A DNA stretch of 64,000 bases from Planctomycetaceae bacterium (lineage in GTDB: Bacteria; Planctomycetota; Planctomycetia; Planctomycetales; Planctomycetaceae): contig JABISG010000147.1 in NCBI GenBank assembly GCA_018699955.1, forward strand, positions 96,544 through 160,543. The letters run 5' to 3'. Made by a program: the position numbers and the translations under genes. Positions 38,722 to 47,431 of the stretch are shown piece by piece. Within the stretch, counting starts at the first letter, position 1. Each line of letters opens with the position of its first letter. A model generated the notes under the pieces. That model worked only from the letters and a program-made list of their open reading frames with translations, searched no databases and was not told the origin of the DNA.

Positions 38722-38801
38722 AGCCGGCATAAAGCCGGCCGCTCGCTTGCCGATCACATAAAGTCGGCCGTTCGCTTATGAAGCTGGCCGCTCGCTTGGC
38801 G
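38722..38801. repeat. hairpin repeat AGCCGGCATAAAGCCGGCCGCTCGCTTG (copy 2) followed by two degenerate tandem copies of the ...GGCCGYTCGCTT... unit
   Basis: Fills the 100-bp spacer between the convergent giant ORF and the STK gene; matches 17225-17252. Confidence 0.55.
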
Positions 38802-38802
38802 A

Positions 38803-41800
38803 TCAGTCGAAGAGTTCTTCGCTTGGCTTCTTCATTTCTGCTTTCCACTGCCGCAGCCGCAGGATGCAGATTGTGCCGCCCGCCAGTCCGCTGACGAGAT
38901 GTCGGCCATCGGGCGTGAAGGCGACGTCGCCGACGTGGCGAGGAGATGGCCCGAAGCGGAATTGTTGTTCCTCGATGCCGTAGTGCGTATCGTGAACGAA
39001 GTTGCTTCCGGTTCCAATCGAACGGACCCAGATCCTCCCCTGTGGCTGGCTGGCGACGCACGCCTCTTCCAACGCTCCCTGGAACGGCTCGTGACCGAGT
39101 CGTCCTGTTGTGAGATCCCAGATGCGCACTGCATCGTGTCCCCCACCTCGCACGGTGAAGAAGACTCGTGTTCCGTTGGCGGAAAATTGTACGTCGATCA
39201 ACCTGCAGTCATTGTCGGCGACGTTGATGGTTGTGGACCGCTTGCCTTTTTCGACGTCCCAGAGGATCACGCCGTCGATGTGTGCGGCAGTCGTGCCGAC
39301 GGCGAGAAGCTTACCGTTGGGGCTATAGGACAGACAGGTGATGTAGCCATCGTGTTCGTCGAGTGAGTTCACTTCTTTGTATGTTCTCGTATTCCAGACG
39401 CGAATCCCTTTGTCTGCGCCGGCCGATGCCAGGTGGATGCCATCGGGGTGGGCGGCCAGCGCAAATACAGGGTGCAAATGCTCGTGCATTTCGTGCAGTT
39501 TCTTGCCGGTGTTTGTGTCCCACAGACGAACCAGTTGATCCTGACTGGCCGTCGCCAATACATCCCCATTCTGCAAGAACTCAATGTCGTAAATTGCCTC
39601 GATGTGAGCGTCGATGCGACGCAATAGCTTGCCGGTTACGACATCCCACAAACCGACGGACCCATCGAGTCCGGCGGATGCGATTCGACGACCGTTGGGG
39701 CTGACAGCGAGTGACGTGATGATGCCGTGGTGTCCGTCCGCTGGAAACTGCTCCTGCCCCGTTTCGGCATTGAAAAATCTCACCGAACCATCCTGGAATC
39801 CCGCTGCAAGTGTTTCCCCATCGGGACTGATTTCGAGACAAAGTGCCCGTGGAAGGGGACTGCTGGCCTTCTCCCATTCGCGTTTCTCACCGGTCGCCGA
39901 GTCATAAATTGCCAGGCTGCCCTGTTGAAATACTGCCAGTTGTTTTCCGTCCCGGCTAATGGCCGGCGGTAGCCACCCGCCTCCCAACGGAATCGTTAGT
40001 CGGTAGGCTCCGCCACCTTGTTTCCAATCCCAGATCTCCAGATGATTGCCTGCACCACGATAAGCGAGCAGGCCGCCACGGGCCGAAAACGGTCTGCGGC
40101 CTCGCAGTTCAGTCGCGATCGCCTCACCAGTGTTGGTGTTCCAGAATGTGATCTCGCCGTCATTGTCCTGCGAGGCAGTCGCCAGCATGCTGCCGTCGGA
40201 GTTGAAGCCGATCTCGAATCGCTGATCGGGCCATTGCTGCAGCCGCTTGCCGGTAATCGAGTTGAATAAGTACGTTCCAATCGTATCACTGGACGCGATC
40301 GACTTGCCATCTGGGCTGAAGGCGACACCAACCACTTTCCCTTCATGCCTGGGCAACTCGGTGACAGATTTCCCGGTTTCAACATTCCAGATTCCCACCA
40401 GGAAATCGAGATAGGCAGCAGCCAGCAGACTTCCATCGGGACTGAACGACAGCGAATGACAGTTCCAGTGTTTGACGGGAATCGTGCGGACGTGAACTCC
40501 CGTGGCGACGTCCCATAGCCGGATGTGCTCATCGTAGCTACTGGATGCCAGGAGTTTGCCGTCGGGGCTGAAGGCAACCGAGCGGACGTCGCGCGAAGCA
40601 TGTGACAATCGATTGCCGCCCAGGACGGCCACCAGTTGCTCCGGGGCGTCGTCGATATCTCCGTTGCCGGCGATCAACCGCTGCTCGTCGGTCAGTGTTT
40701 GGCGGCTCAACCGATCAACCGGCCATTTGAACTGCCACATCAACCAAGCCGCTTCCAACGATTCCGGCGATCCCGGATGCTGTCGCCGAAATTCGACGAG
40801 TCGATTTTGTATGGCCGTCAACTGCTGCTCGTCGTCTTGTTTCACGTTGATCGACTGGAATTCCTTCACCAACTGTGTGAATTCTTCTTGTCTCACGGTT
40901 GCCAGCTTGGGCGACCATTTCGGCTGAAATGTGACGACGTCGCCTCTCTCAGGTGACAACGTTTCCTCGATGTCTTCGTAGCCTTTCCGCTTCAATAGCA
41001 GGGCTTGTTTCCCTGGATCGCCGGAGAGTTTGATGGCTCCCTGTTTGGGCAACGGAACCTTGTGACCATTCAATGTGATCGAACCGCCGGCCCGCATTTC
41101 TGGTGGCCAATCGACGATCAGCGTCGTCTTTCCCGTCCAGACCCAACCAATGTATCCTACGACCAGCAACAGAAACACTCCGACTCCGCCGAAGATGATC
41201 CAGCGTTGGGCCGCACCAGATTTGCGTCGGCCGCGAATTCGAGACGCAGACAAATTGGATTGACTCTCGTCGGCTTCTACCGGCACCATGGGAGCGGCGG
41301 TTGACGCGAAGGCCGTCGCTTCCGCAGCCGTCTGCGTCGATGGGTCATCGGTCTGCATGATCGAGGCTTCACTTCCCAGGTCTTGCAGGAAATGTTGCAA
41401 TTCCGAGCCGGCTGGTGAGGCTGGCGGTGCGGGAGTGACTGCCTCTGTCTGTTCGGCAATAGGGGCGATCGTCGGTGGGGGAGTCTTTTCGGTGGACTCG
41501 GCCGTCGCTGCTTTCGGCAAGATCTGAGCGAACGGCACGAGCGCCGCAACAACCTCGGCGGGGGTTTGGAATCGATTATCCGGATTGCGGGCAAGCATGC
41601 GTGCGACGATCGCGTCGATTTCCGGTGGCACATCACCGCGAACACTGCTGGCCGGCGGCGCATCCCGCTCGTTGCGCGCCAGCAGTTTTTCGATCAGCGT
41701 ATTGCCGGTGAATGGAACCTGGTTGGTCAAGAGGCGAAAGAACGTGCAACCCAGGCTGAAAATGTCGCTGCGGACGTCGGCCGTTTTGGAATCGCGTGCC

Positions 41801-42552
41801 TGTTCGGGGGCAATGTAATCGGGCGTCCCCATCAGCTGCCCGGTGTGCGTCAAGTCGGCTTCGGCCTCGGCATCGGTCATACGGGCAAGGCCCATGTCGA
41901 GCAGCTTGATCACCGGCTCGTTCGAGCTGGTGGCGTGTGTCACCAGCAGATTGCTCGGCTTGATATCGCGATGGACGAGCTTCCGCTCGAATGCGTGTTG
42001 CAGACCTTGTGCCGCCTGCATGATGTAGTGACAGGCTTCGCCAACCGGAAGCGCGCCGTCCCGTTTCACCAGCGAGCCGAGATCCTCGCCATCGACGTAT
42101 TCCATGACCAGAAAATATGTGCTGCCGGCATGATTGGCATCGTAGGCGGCAACGATATTCGGGTGATCGAGCGATGCAGCCGACTGAATTTCCCGGTAAA
42201 ACCGCGCGACCGATTCCTGGTCCTTCATCAGCTTTCGCGCCACCACCTTAATGGCAACCAGCCGGCCGAGCGGTTGCTGCTCCGCTTTGAAGACCGAACC
42301 CATGCCGCCGGCACCGATGCGTTCCAACAGCTTGTACCGGCCTAAGAAGAACGCATGGCGGCCGGCGAGCAACATCTCGGCCTGCCACTGCGTCAGAATT
42401 TGCTGCGCCACGAGCCGCCGCGCGAACTGCTTTGTGTCGCCATTCCCACTGTCGCGAGCGACCTCGTCACGAATCCGAGCCAAATCATCAGCTGCAAGCA
42501 GGCTGCTTTTCTCAAGCCCGTCGAGGAACTGATTCAGCGAAACCGCAGGCAT
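38803..42552 (-). CDS. Ser/Thr protein kinase with Pro/Ala-rich linker, one TM segment and C-terminal WD40 beta-propeller(s)
   Basis: Hanks motifs GAGGMGSVFKA, VAIK, HRDIKPSNLL, DFGLA, APE. TM is IIFGGVGVFLLLVVGYIGWVW. There are 14 or more WD-like repeats (WDVATG, WNVETG...). ATG at 42550-42552. Confidence 0.9.
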   Translation of the reverse strand: MPAVSLNQFLDGLEKSSLLAADDLARIRDEVARDSGNGDTKQFARRLVAQQILTQWQAEMLLAGRHAFFLGRYKLLERIGAGGMGSVFKAEQQPLGRLVAIKVVARKLMKDQESVARFYREIQSAASLDHPNIVAAYDANHAGSTYFLVMEYVDGEDLGSLVKRDGALPVGEACHYIMQAAQGLQHAFERKLVHRDIKPSNLLVTHATSSNEPVIKLLDMGLARMTDAEAEADLTHTGQLMGTPDYIAPEQARDSKTADVRSDIFSLGCTFFRLLTNQVPFTGNTLIEKLLARNERDAPPASSVRGDVPPEIDAIVARMLARNPDNRFQTPAEVVAALVPFAQILPKAATAESTEKTPPPTIAPIAEQTEAVTPAPPASPAGSELQHFLQDLGSEASIMQTDDPSTQTAAEATAFASTAAPMVPVEADESQSNLSASRIRGRRKSGAAQRWIIFGGVGVFLLLVVGYIGWVWTGKTTLIVDWPPEMRAGGSITLNGHKVPLPKQGAIKLSGDPGKQALLLKRKGYEDIEETLSPERGDVVTFQPKWSPKLATVRQEEFTQLVKEFQSINVKQDDEQQLTAIQNRLVEFRRQHPGSPESLEAAWLMWQFKWPVDRLSRQTLTDEQRLIAGNGDIDDAPEQLVAVLGGNRLSHASRDVRSVAFSPDGKLLASSSYDEHIRLWDVATGVHVRTIPVKHWNCHSLSFSPDGSLLAAAYLDFLVGIWNVETGKSVTELPRHEGKVVGVAFSPDGKSIASSDTIGTYLFNSITGKRLQQWPDQRFEIGFNSDGSMLATASQDNDGEITFWNTNTGEAIATELRGRRPFSARGGLLAYRGAGNHLEIWDWKQGGGAYRLTIPLGGGWLPPAISRDGKQLAVFQQGSLAIYDSATGEKREWEKASSPLPRALCLEISPDGETLAAGFQDGSVRFFNAETGQEQFPADGHHGIITSLAVSPNGRRIASAGLDGSVGLWDVVTGKLLRRIDAHIEAIYDIEFLQNGDVLATASQDQLVRLWDTNTGKKLHEMHEHLHPVFALAAHPDGIHLASAGADKGIRVWNTRTYKEVNSLDEHDGYITCLSYSPNGKLLAVGTTAAHIDGVILWDVEKGKRSTTINVADNDCRLIDVQFSANGTRVFFTVRGGGHDAVRIWDLTTGRLGHEPFQGALEEACVASQPQGRIWVRSIGTGSNFVHDTHYGIEEQQFRFGPSPRHVGDVAFTPDGRHLVSGLAGGTICILRLRQWKAEMKKPSEELFD

Positions 42553-42728
42553 AGGACACAAGTGGGAATTCGGGGTTGGTGCATATGGGGGAAAATACGC
42601 GGTTAGAGTGTAGTGGAAGAAGATTTACAAATCTATTGCGTTACACTATCGTCGCGATCGGCGAGCGTCTTCGACTGGGGAAGAGCATCCACTGGTCGAA
42701 GCGCTGACGGCGACATTTTGGCAGCAGT

Positions 42729-43289
42729 TTGTCGTCTCCCTTTTCCAACATTGCGTTTGATTCAATCTGTTGCGGAGTCCGACTCATCCCCTTCACGCCG
42801 TTCCATTTTGGTCCGGGAGTCCTCGTCAAAGCATGTAGCCCGCGAGGATTCTGGCTGACGTCGTTCGTCGTCGCCAACGTACTCATCGACGTCGAAGTGC
42901 TGTACTATCTCAGGAACTACGATCCACCGATTCACCGGCATCTGCACACCTATCTCGGCGGAACCGCAATGGGCTTGCTGGCCGGCCTGTTGATGTTTGG
43001 CGTTGTGCAGATCGCGGTTCGATGTCGGCCGGCAGGCTGGCGGTGGGTTCGGCAAATGGCATCCACGACAATCCGTCGCCAATTGTGCGAGTCGGTGATT
43101 GCCGGCGTAACCGGTGGCGTGACGCACATTTTTCTCGACAGTTTGATGCACGATGACATGCATCCGTTTTGGCCGTTCTTTGAGGGGAACACGTTGGCTG
43201 GTGTTGTCGGGGTCGGTGCATTGCACATCGGCCTCGGGCTGACCGGGTTCTTTGGTATCGTCATCTGGTTTTTGACGCCCGAAAAATAG
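42729..43289 (+). CDS. putative membrane-bound metal-dependent hydrolase (DUF4184/YdjM-like)
   Basis: IPFTPFHFGPG..., D.E and HRHLHTY motifs with 3-4 TM segments. No in-frame ATG lies near the N-terminus (TTG at 42729), so the start is uncertain. Confidence 0.4.
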   Translation: MSSPFSNIAFDSICCGVRLIPFTPFHFGPGVLVKACSPRGFWLTSFVVANVLIDVEVLYYLRNYDPPIHRHLHTYLGGTAMGLLAGLLMFGVVQIAVRCRPAGWRWVRQMASTTIRRQLCESVIAGVTGGVTHIFLDSLMHDDMHPFWPFFEGNTLAGVVGVGALHIGLGLTGFFGIVIWFLTPEK

Positions 43290-43330
43290 CAGCCGTTGCC
43301 AAAGAGCATCGACATGTCACGCTGGCCCGA

Positions 43331-44065
43331 TCAAATCGGTCGGCGCGCCAAACTGAAGGATTGGCCGGTGGGGCCGTTTTGTTCTTGCGCTGCGAGGAAC
43401 AACGCAAGCGGAACGACGTCTTCGGGCTGCTTGACCCATTCGCTGTTGATGGCCGGATGCGGCCGGTCGGCTTCGAAAATTTCCGACGTCAATTCGGTGT
43501 AGACCGGTCCGGGAATCAACTCGTTGACGGTGATGTTCTCCTCCCACACTTCCAACGCCAGACAGCGAGTGAACATCCAGACGGCCGCCTTGGCCGCATT
43601 GTAGGAACTGTTTTTCGCCCGGGCCTGATGCCCCATGCCGGAGCCGATGTTGATAATCGTCCCGCCGCCCGCGTTTCGTAAATGCGGCAGCACCGCCCGC
43701 GAACAGTAATACGTCCCCAGCAGATTGATCTCGATCACGTTCGCCCAGACGTCGGGATCGTCGTCGCCAACTTGTGTGCGCTCCAATCCGCCGCCCGCGT
43801 TGTTGACGACGATATCGATCCGCCCCAGTTGGGTTGCCGTCGCTTCAACCATCGCTTCAACTTGCACACGGTCGGCAATGTCGGCGGTCACGGCGATGCC
43901 GCGCCGTCCCAATTCCTGAATCTCTGCAGCGACCGCCGCGATTTCACCTTCCGATCGCGCGGTAACACAAACATCGGCCCCTTCGCGGGCGAAAGCCAAC
44001 GCAATCGCACGACCAATGCCACGCCCACCACCGGTAATTAGGGCGACTTTTCCTGCCAACGTCAT
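43331..44065 (-). CDS. SDR-family oxidoreductase (FabG-like 3-oxoacyl-ACP reductase family)
   Basis: TGGGRGIGRAIA Rossmann motif, NNAG, S...Y...K catalytic triad context (YNAAKAAV). Confidence 0.9.
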   Translation of the reverse strand: MTLAGKVALITGGGRGIGRAIALAFAREGADVCVTARSEGEIAAVAAEIQELGRRGIAVTADIADRVQVEAMVEATATQLGRIDIVVNNAGGGLERTQVGDDDPDVWANVIEINLLGTYYCSRAVLPHLRNAGGGTIINIGSGMGHQARAKNSSYNAAKAAVWMFTRCLALEVWEENITVNELIPGPVYTELTSEIFEADRPHPAINSEWVKQPEDVVPLALFLAAQEQNGPTGQSFSLARRPI

Positions 44066-44109
44066 CGGGGAACCTCAAACAAAGCGATTTGTGAAATACT
44101 GGAAACGAC

Positions 44110-44367
44110 TCAGAACAGCAGAATGATTCCCCAGATCAGCATGGCAAGACTTACCAAAACGCCAATGCCGCCGAAGATGAGATACGCCTTGAGAACGCCG
44201 GATTCTCCGATGAATTTGATGAGCAATCGTCCTCGCCAGCCGGTACCGATCGGCAGATTCTCCGTCCAGGCCGCCTAGGCGATTCCGCCAAAGACAAGCA
44301 GCATCAACAGACCAAATGGCAGTTGATAGGGATAATCCAGCATGGCCAGTGTGAGATGGTGGAGCAT
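44110..44367 (-). pseudogene. small two-TM membrane protein ORF interrupted by an in-frame TAG (44275-44277)
   Basis: The hydrophobic reading frame continues unbroken across the TAG (…LLMLLVFGGIA*AAWTENLPIGTGW…LAMLIWGIILLF*); the distal part has no start of its own. Confidence 0.25.
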
Positions 44368-44478
44368 CAGCTCGTCCGATTCTGTTTCAATAAGAAATGC
44401 GAAGCTCAGGCAGAACGAAATTCGACAGTCAGCAGACACAGCATGCCGCTCGCTGTGTGGCAATGCAAGCAAGGCGAG

Positions 44479-44799
44479 CCGAGGGTGTGAACCCTCGGGT
44501 TTTCCGAAGCACCAGCCGGTTCACACCGGCCGCTCGCCGCCCTAATGTTGTACGCGGGTCTCCCGATCCCGCACGCAGCTAGACCGCAGGTCTTCTGTGA
44601 GTTCGGTGAGACCTACGGTCGCGACCTTGGGTCTTTCCCGCGCAGGCGGGAATCCAGCGAGCCAGCAAAAAACGCAAAACTACCATCGACACACCCACGT
44701 CACCCCAACACGCGCCGCACGGTCGTCCGCGAACCGACTGGATTCCCGCCTGCGCGGGAATGACGATTACTGGTTCCCAAGCTCCAGCTTGGGAACCAG
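44479..44799. repeat. non-coding hairpin-rich cluster: terminator-like stem-loop with U tract (44479-44503), a pair of perfect 21-bp inverted repeats (44635-44655 / 44740-44760), and a perfect 14-bp-stem hairpin (44770-44799)
   Basis: All complementarities checked base by base; no credible ORF in this interval. Confidence 0.5.
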
Positions 44800-44816
44800 G
44801 AAAACGAGACCCTTTA

Positions 44817-44858
44817 GAACAAAAGCACACAGATCACTTGATTCTCAAGATAGTCGCT
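44817..44858. repeat. 42-47-bp dispersed repeat, copy 2 (see 356-397)
   Basis: Direct comparison with 356-397. Confidence 0.55.
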
Positions 44859-44864
44859 ACGTCA

Positions 44865-45269
44865 CTACAGGATTCCACCCATTGCGACATACGTGACAAA
44901 ACGCAGCGCCACTACGCACGCCAAGTGAAAAACGACAGCAGTCATGAGTGCAAGAAACCGTAGCGTTTTCGTAACTGTTGTTTGATCGCGGACCAGTGGC
45001 GCAAACGCAGGGACACAAAGACACAGCCCAAGAACAAATGACGTGAGGGTCAGGATTGCCGTGACAGTGTCATACGTCGCCAATGCCCCGGATTCGTAGA
45101 AATCGTAGTCGCCGACATGGCTGCCAAGAGCCAAGATGCTCACGACGCCCACAACGTACGGGACAATCAATCCGATGCCAGCGAAGTATTCGTTTCGCGT
45201 GACCCTTTTAGACGACAATGGTGGTGTTTCAACAGGTGGCTCGAAAGGAGTTTGCGACGGAGTTGCCAT
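44865..45269 (-). CDS. small hypothetical membrane protein
   Basis: 134 aa, Pro-rich N-terminus and three predicted TM helices. Confidence 0.4.
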   Translation of the reverse strand: MATPSQTPFEPPVETPPLSSKRVTRNEYFAGIGLIVPYVVGVVSILALGSHVGDYDFYESGALATYDTVTAILTLTSFVLGLCLCVPAFAPLVRDQTTVTKTLRFLALMTAVVFHLACVVALRFVTYVAMGGIL

Positions 45270-45990
45270 TTGCGTACTTCGCCCAACTGGGTTCTGGCTG
45301 GCTTGGTGAAACGGTGTCGCACGGAAAGATTATTGTCGAACACTCTCGAACATTATCGCAAGATTCGATCTGAGTTCCATCAGGTTTCCTGGATTATGAT
45401 CGAGTGGGCCGTTGACTCGCCAGCTTGCACGGTTGCCCAAGAAGCGAGCAAATGCGGGGTGGTTGGGCGGTTGGTGGCTCACACTTTGTGTGGGAATCGA
45501 GAATTGGGGAATGGCTGATTTCTGCGGGGATACCTTGGTTTTCTTCCGAAAAAACAGGCTCAACCAAGTTTGGCACACGAGTTGCGTTGTGTTCTCTCAA
45601 CTTGATTTACGAAGTACGCAGTCGTGGTTTGGAAACTGCGGCGGTACTGCCTTTGACGCAGCGCTCACGAAGAAGGCACGAAATTCTGATGATACCAGGG
45701 AACGGCAATCAGTTATGCTCAGCCTTCACACGTTTCGCCAATGCGCCTGCTTGGGATTGGACCCCGCGCGGATCGCGTCGAGTTTTCACAAACGCCAGTT
45801 GAACCGAACGGCCGACGGGCAATCTGCCGCGGCACGGAACACGGATCATTGGTCATGCCATCGCCCGCCCTGCCAGCGATGAGACCCACCGACTGTCGCC
45901 GGTCGCGTCTCTCCGGCTGAACCCAGGATGATTTTCCGATGACGGGAAACGTCCGCATTCTCTCCAATTAGCGATAAGGTTACGTACACC

Positions 45991-47373
45991 GTGGAAGTTC
46001 AGAACAAAGCCACCCGGATTCGTCTCTTCGATTTCAAGACCCCACAAATGCGAGCGTTCCATATGTCGTGGTTCGCGTTCTTTCTCTGCTTCTTTGCCTG
46101 GTTTGGCATCGCCCCGCTGATGTCAGTCGTCCGCCAGGAAATGTCGTTGACGCAATCACAGGTCGGCTGGTGCATTATTGGATCGGTCTCGATCACGGTG
46201 ATCGCCCGGCTGTTTATTGGTTGGCTGTGCGACCGGATTGGGCCGCGGCTGGCGTATACGTGGCTGCTGATTCTCGGTGCGTTGCCGGTGATGGGAATCG
46301 GTTTCGCGCAAAACTTTGAAACGTTTCTGCTGGCCCGCGTGTTGATCGGTGTCATCGGGGCATCGTTCGTCATCACGCAGTATCACACGTCGATTATGTT
46401 CGCCCCGAATTGCGTAGGAACGGCGAATGCCACGACGGCCGGCTGGGGCAACATGGGCGGTGGCGTGACGCAGGTGGCGATGCCCGTGCTGTTTGCCGTT
46501 CTCATTGGCACGTTCGGTTTGAGTGACTACTGGGGCTGGCGGACGGCAATGATCGTCGCCGGCGCGATCTGCATGCTGTCGGGGGTTGCGTACTTCTTTC
46601 TCACACAAGACACGGCAGAAGGTAACTACAAGCAGCTGCGGGCGGCGGGAAAGCTGCCAGATAAAAAAGCCGCGAAGGGGGCGTTTCTCGCGGCGTGCAA
46701 AGATCGCCGCGTGTGGGCGTTATTCGTCATCTACGCGGCTTGCTTCGGCATTGAACTGACAATCAACAACATTGCCGCCCTGTATTTTGTCGATCACTTT
46801 GAATTCTTCAAGCAGATGGACACGCTGGAAGCGGTGAAGCTGGCGGGCGTGTTTGCTGCCTTGTACGGCACGATGAATCTGTTTGCCAGAACGCTGGGCG
46901 GAGCAGTCGGCGATAAGTGTGGCGCACGTTGGGGGTTACAAGGCCGAGTGCGATGGCTGTTCATCGCGTTGTTTTGCGAGGGCGTGTCGTTGATGCTGTT
47001 CTCGCAGATGACCGTGCTCGCGCTGGCCGTTCCCGCTTTGATTGTGTTCGCAGCTTTCGTGCAGATGTCGAACGGGGCCACGTTTTCTGTCGTTCCGTTC
47101 GTCAACAAGAAGGCGCTCGGTTCCGTCGCGGGGATTGTGGGCGCCGGTGGAAATGCCGGTGCGGTGTTGGCGGGTTTTCTGTTCAAGACCGACGCGATTT
47201 CGTGGCCGACGGCGCTGTTCCTTCTGGGAGCCATTGTTACCTGCAGTTCGTTTCTGGCCTTCTCAGTGAACTTCAGCGAAGCCGCCGAAACGGAAGCGCG
47301 AACGGCGACCGAAGCGGCCGCGTCGCAGCGGCGCCGTACAGTCGAACTGGCCGGTGCGACATCCGGTTCCTGA
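45991..47373 (+). CDS. narK: MFS nitrate/nitrite transporter, NNP family (NarK/NrtP-like)
   Basis: NNP signatures GWGNMGGG and GxxxGxxNxG; twelve TM helices; GTG start at 45991 (ATG alternatives at 46048 and 46063). Confidence 0.9.
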   Translation: MEVQNKATRIRLFDFKTPQMRAFHMSWFAFFLCFFAWFGIAPLMSVVRQEMSLTQSQVGWCIIGSVSITVIARLFIGWLCDRIGPRLAYTWLLILGALPVMGIGFAQNFETFLLARVLIGVIGASFVITQYHTSIMFAPNCVGTANATTAGWGNMGGGVTQVAMPVLFAVLIGTFGLSDYWGWRTAMIVAGAICMLSGVAYFFLTQDTAEGNYKQLRAAGKLPDKKAAKGAFLAACKDRRVWALFVIYAACFGIELTINNIAALYFVDHFEFFKQMDTLEAVKLAGVFAALYGTMNLFARTLGGAVGDKCGARWGLQGRVRWLFIALFCEGVSLMLFSQMTVLALAVPALIVFAAFVQMSNGATFSVVPFVNKKALGSVAGIVGAGGNAGAVLAGFLFKTDAISWPTALFLLGAIVTCSSFLAFSVNFSEAAETEARTATEAAASQRRRTVELAGATSGS

Positions 47374-47431
47374 TCGATCGCATCTGCAGGAAAAACCATT
47401 AACAGTAGAATCTGATGACGATTGAACAATT

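Noticed and set aside
38722-38801. Short tandem repeats considered as a CRISPR array
   Set aside because: Units are degenerate, with only three copies of about 25 bp, no unique spacers and no cas genes; they are hairpin or terminator repeats between convergent genes.
41566-42345. 259-aa plus-strand ORF
   Set aside because: Antisense to the kinase domain of the WD40 Ser/Thr kinase.
44275-44277. In-frame TAG as programmed readthrough or pyrrolysine-style recoding
   Set aside because: No supporting context visible in the sequence and no recoding machinery in the window; kept only as a pseudogene or sequencing-error note.
44479-44503. Hairpin plus U tract as terminator of an annotated gene
   Set aside because: No plus-strand gene reads into it, and on the minus strand the U tract is on the wrong side; kept only as part of the hairpin island.
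45270-45990. 720-bp lower-GC leader upstream of narK searched for an obvious NtcA/NasR-type site or riboswitch
   Set aside because: Only short direct repeats (tcgaaca x2) were seen and nothing convincing; no claim made.
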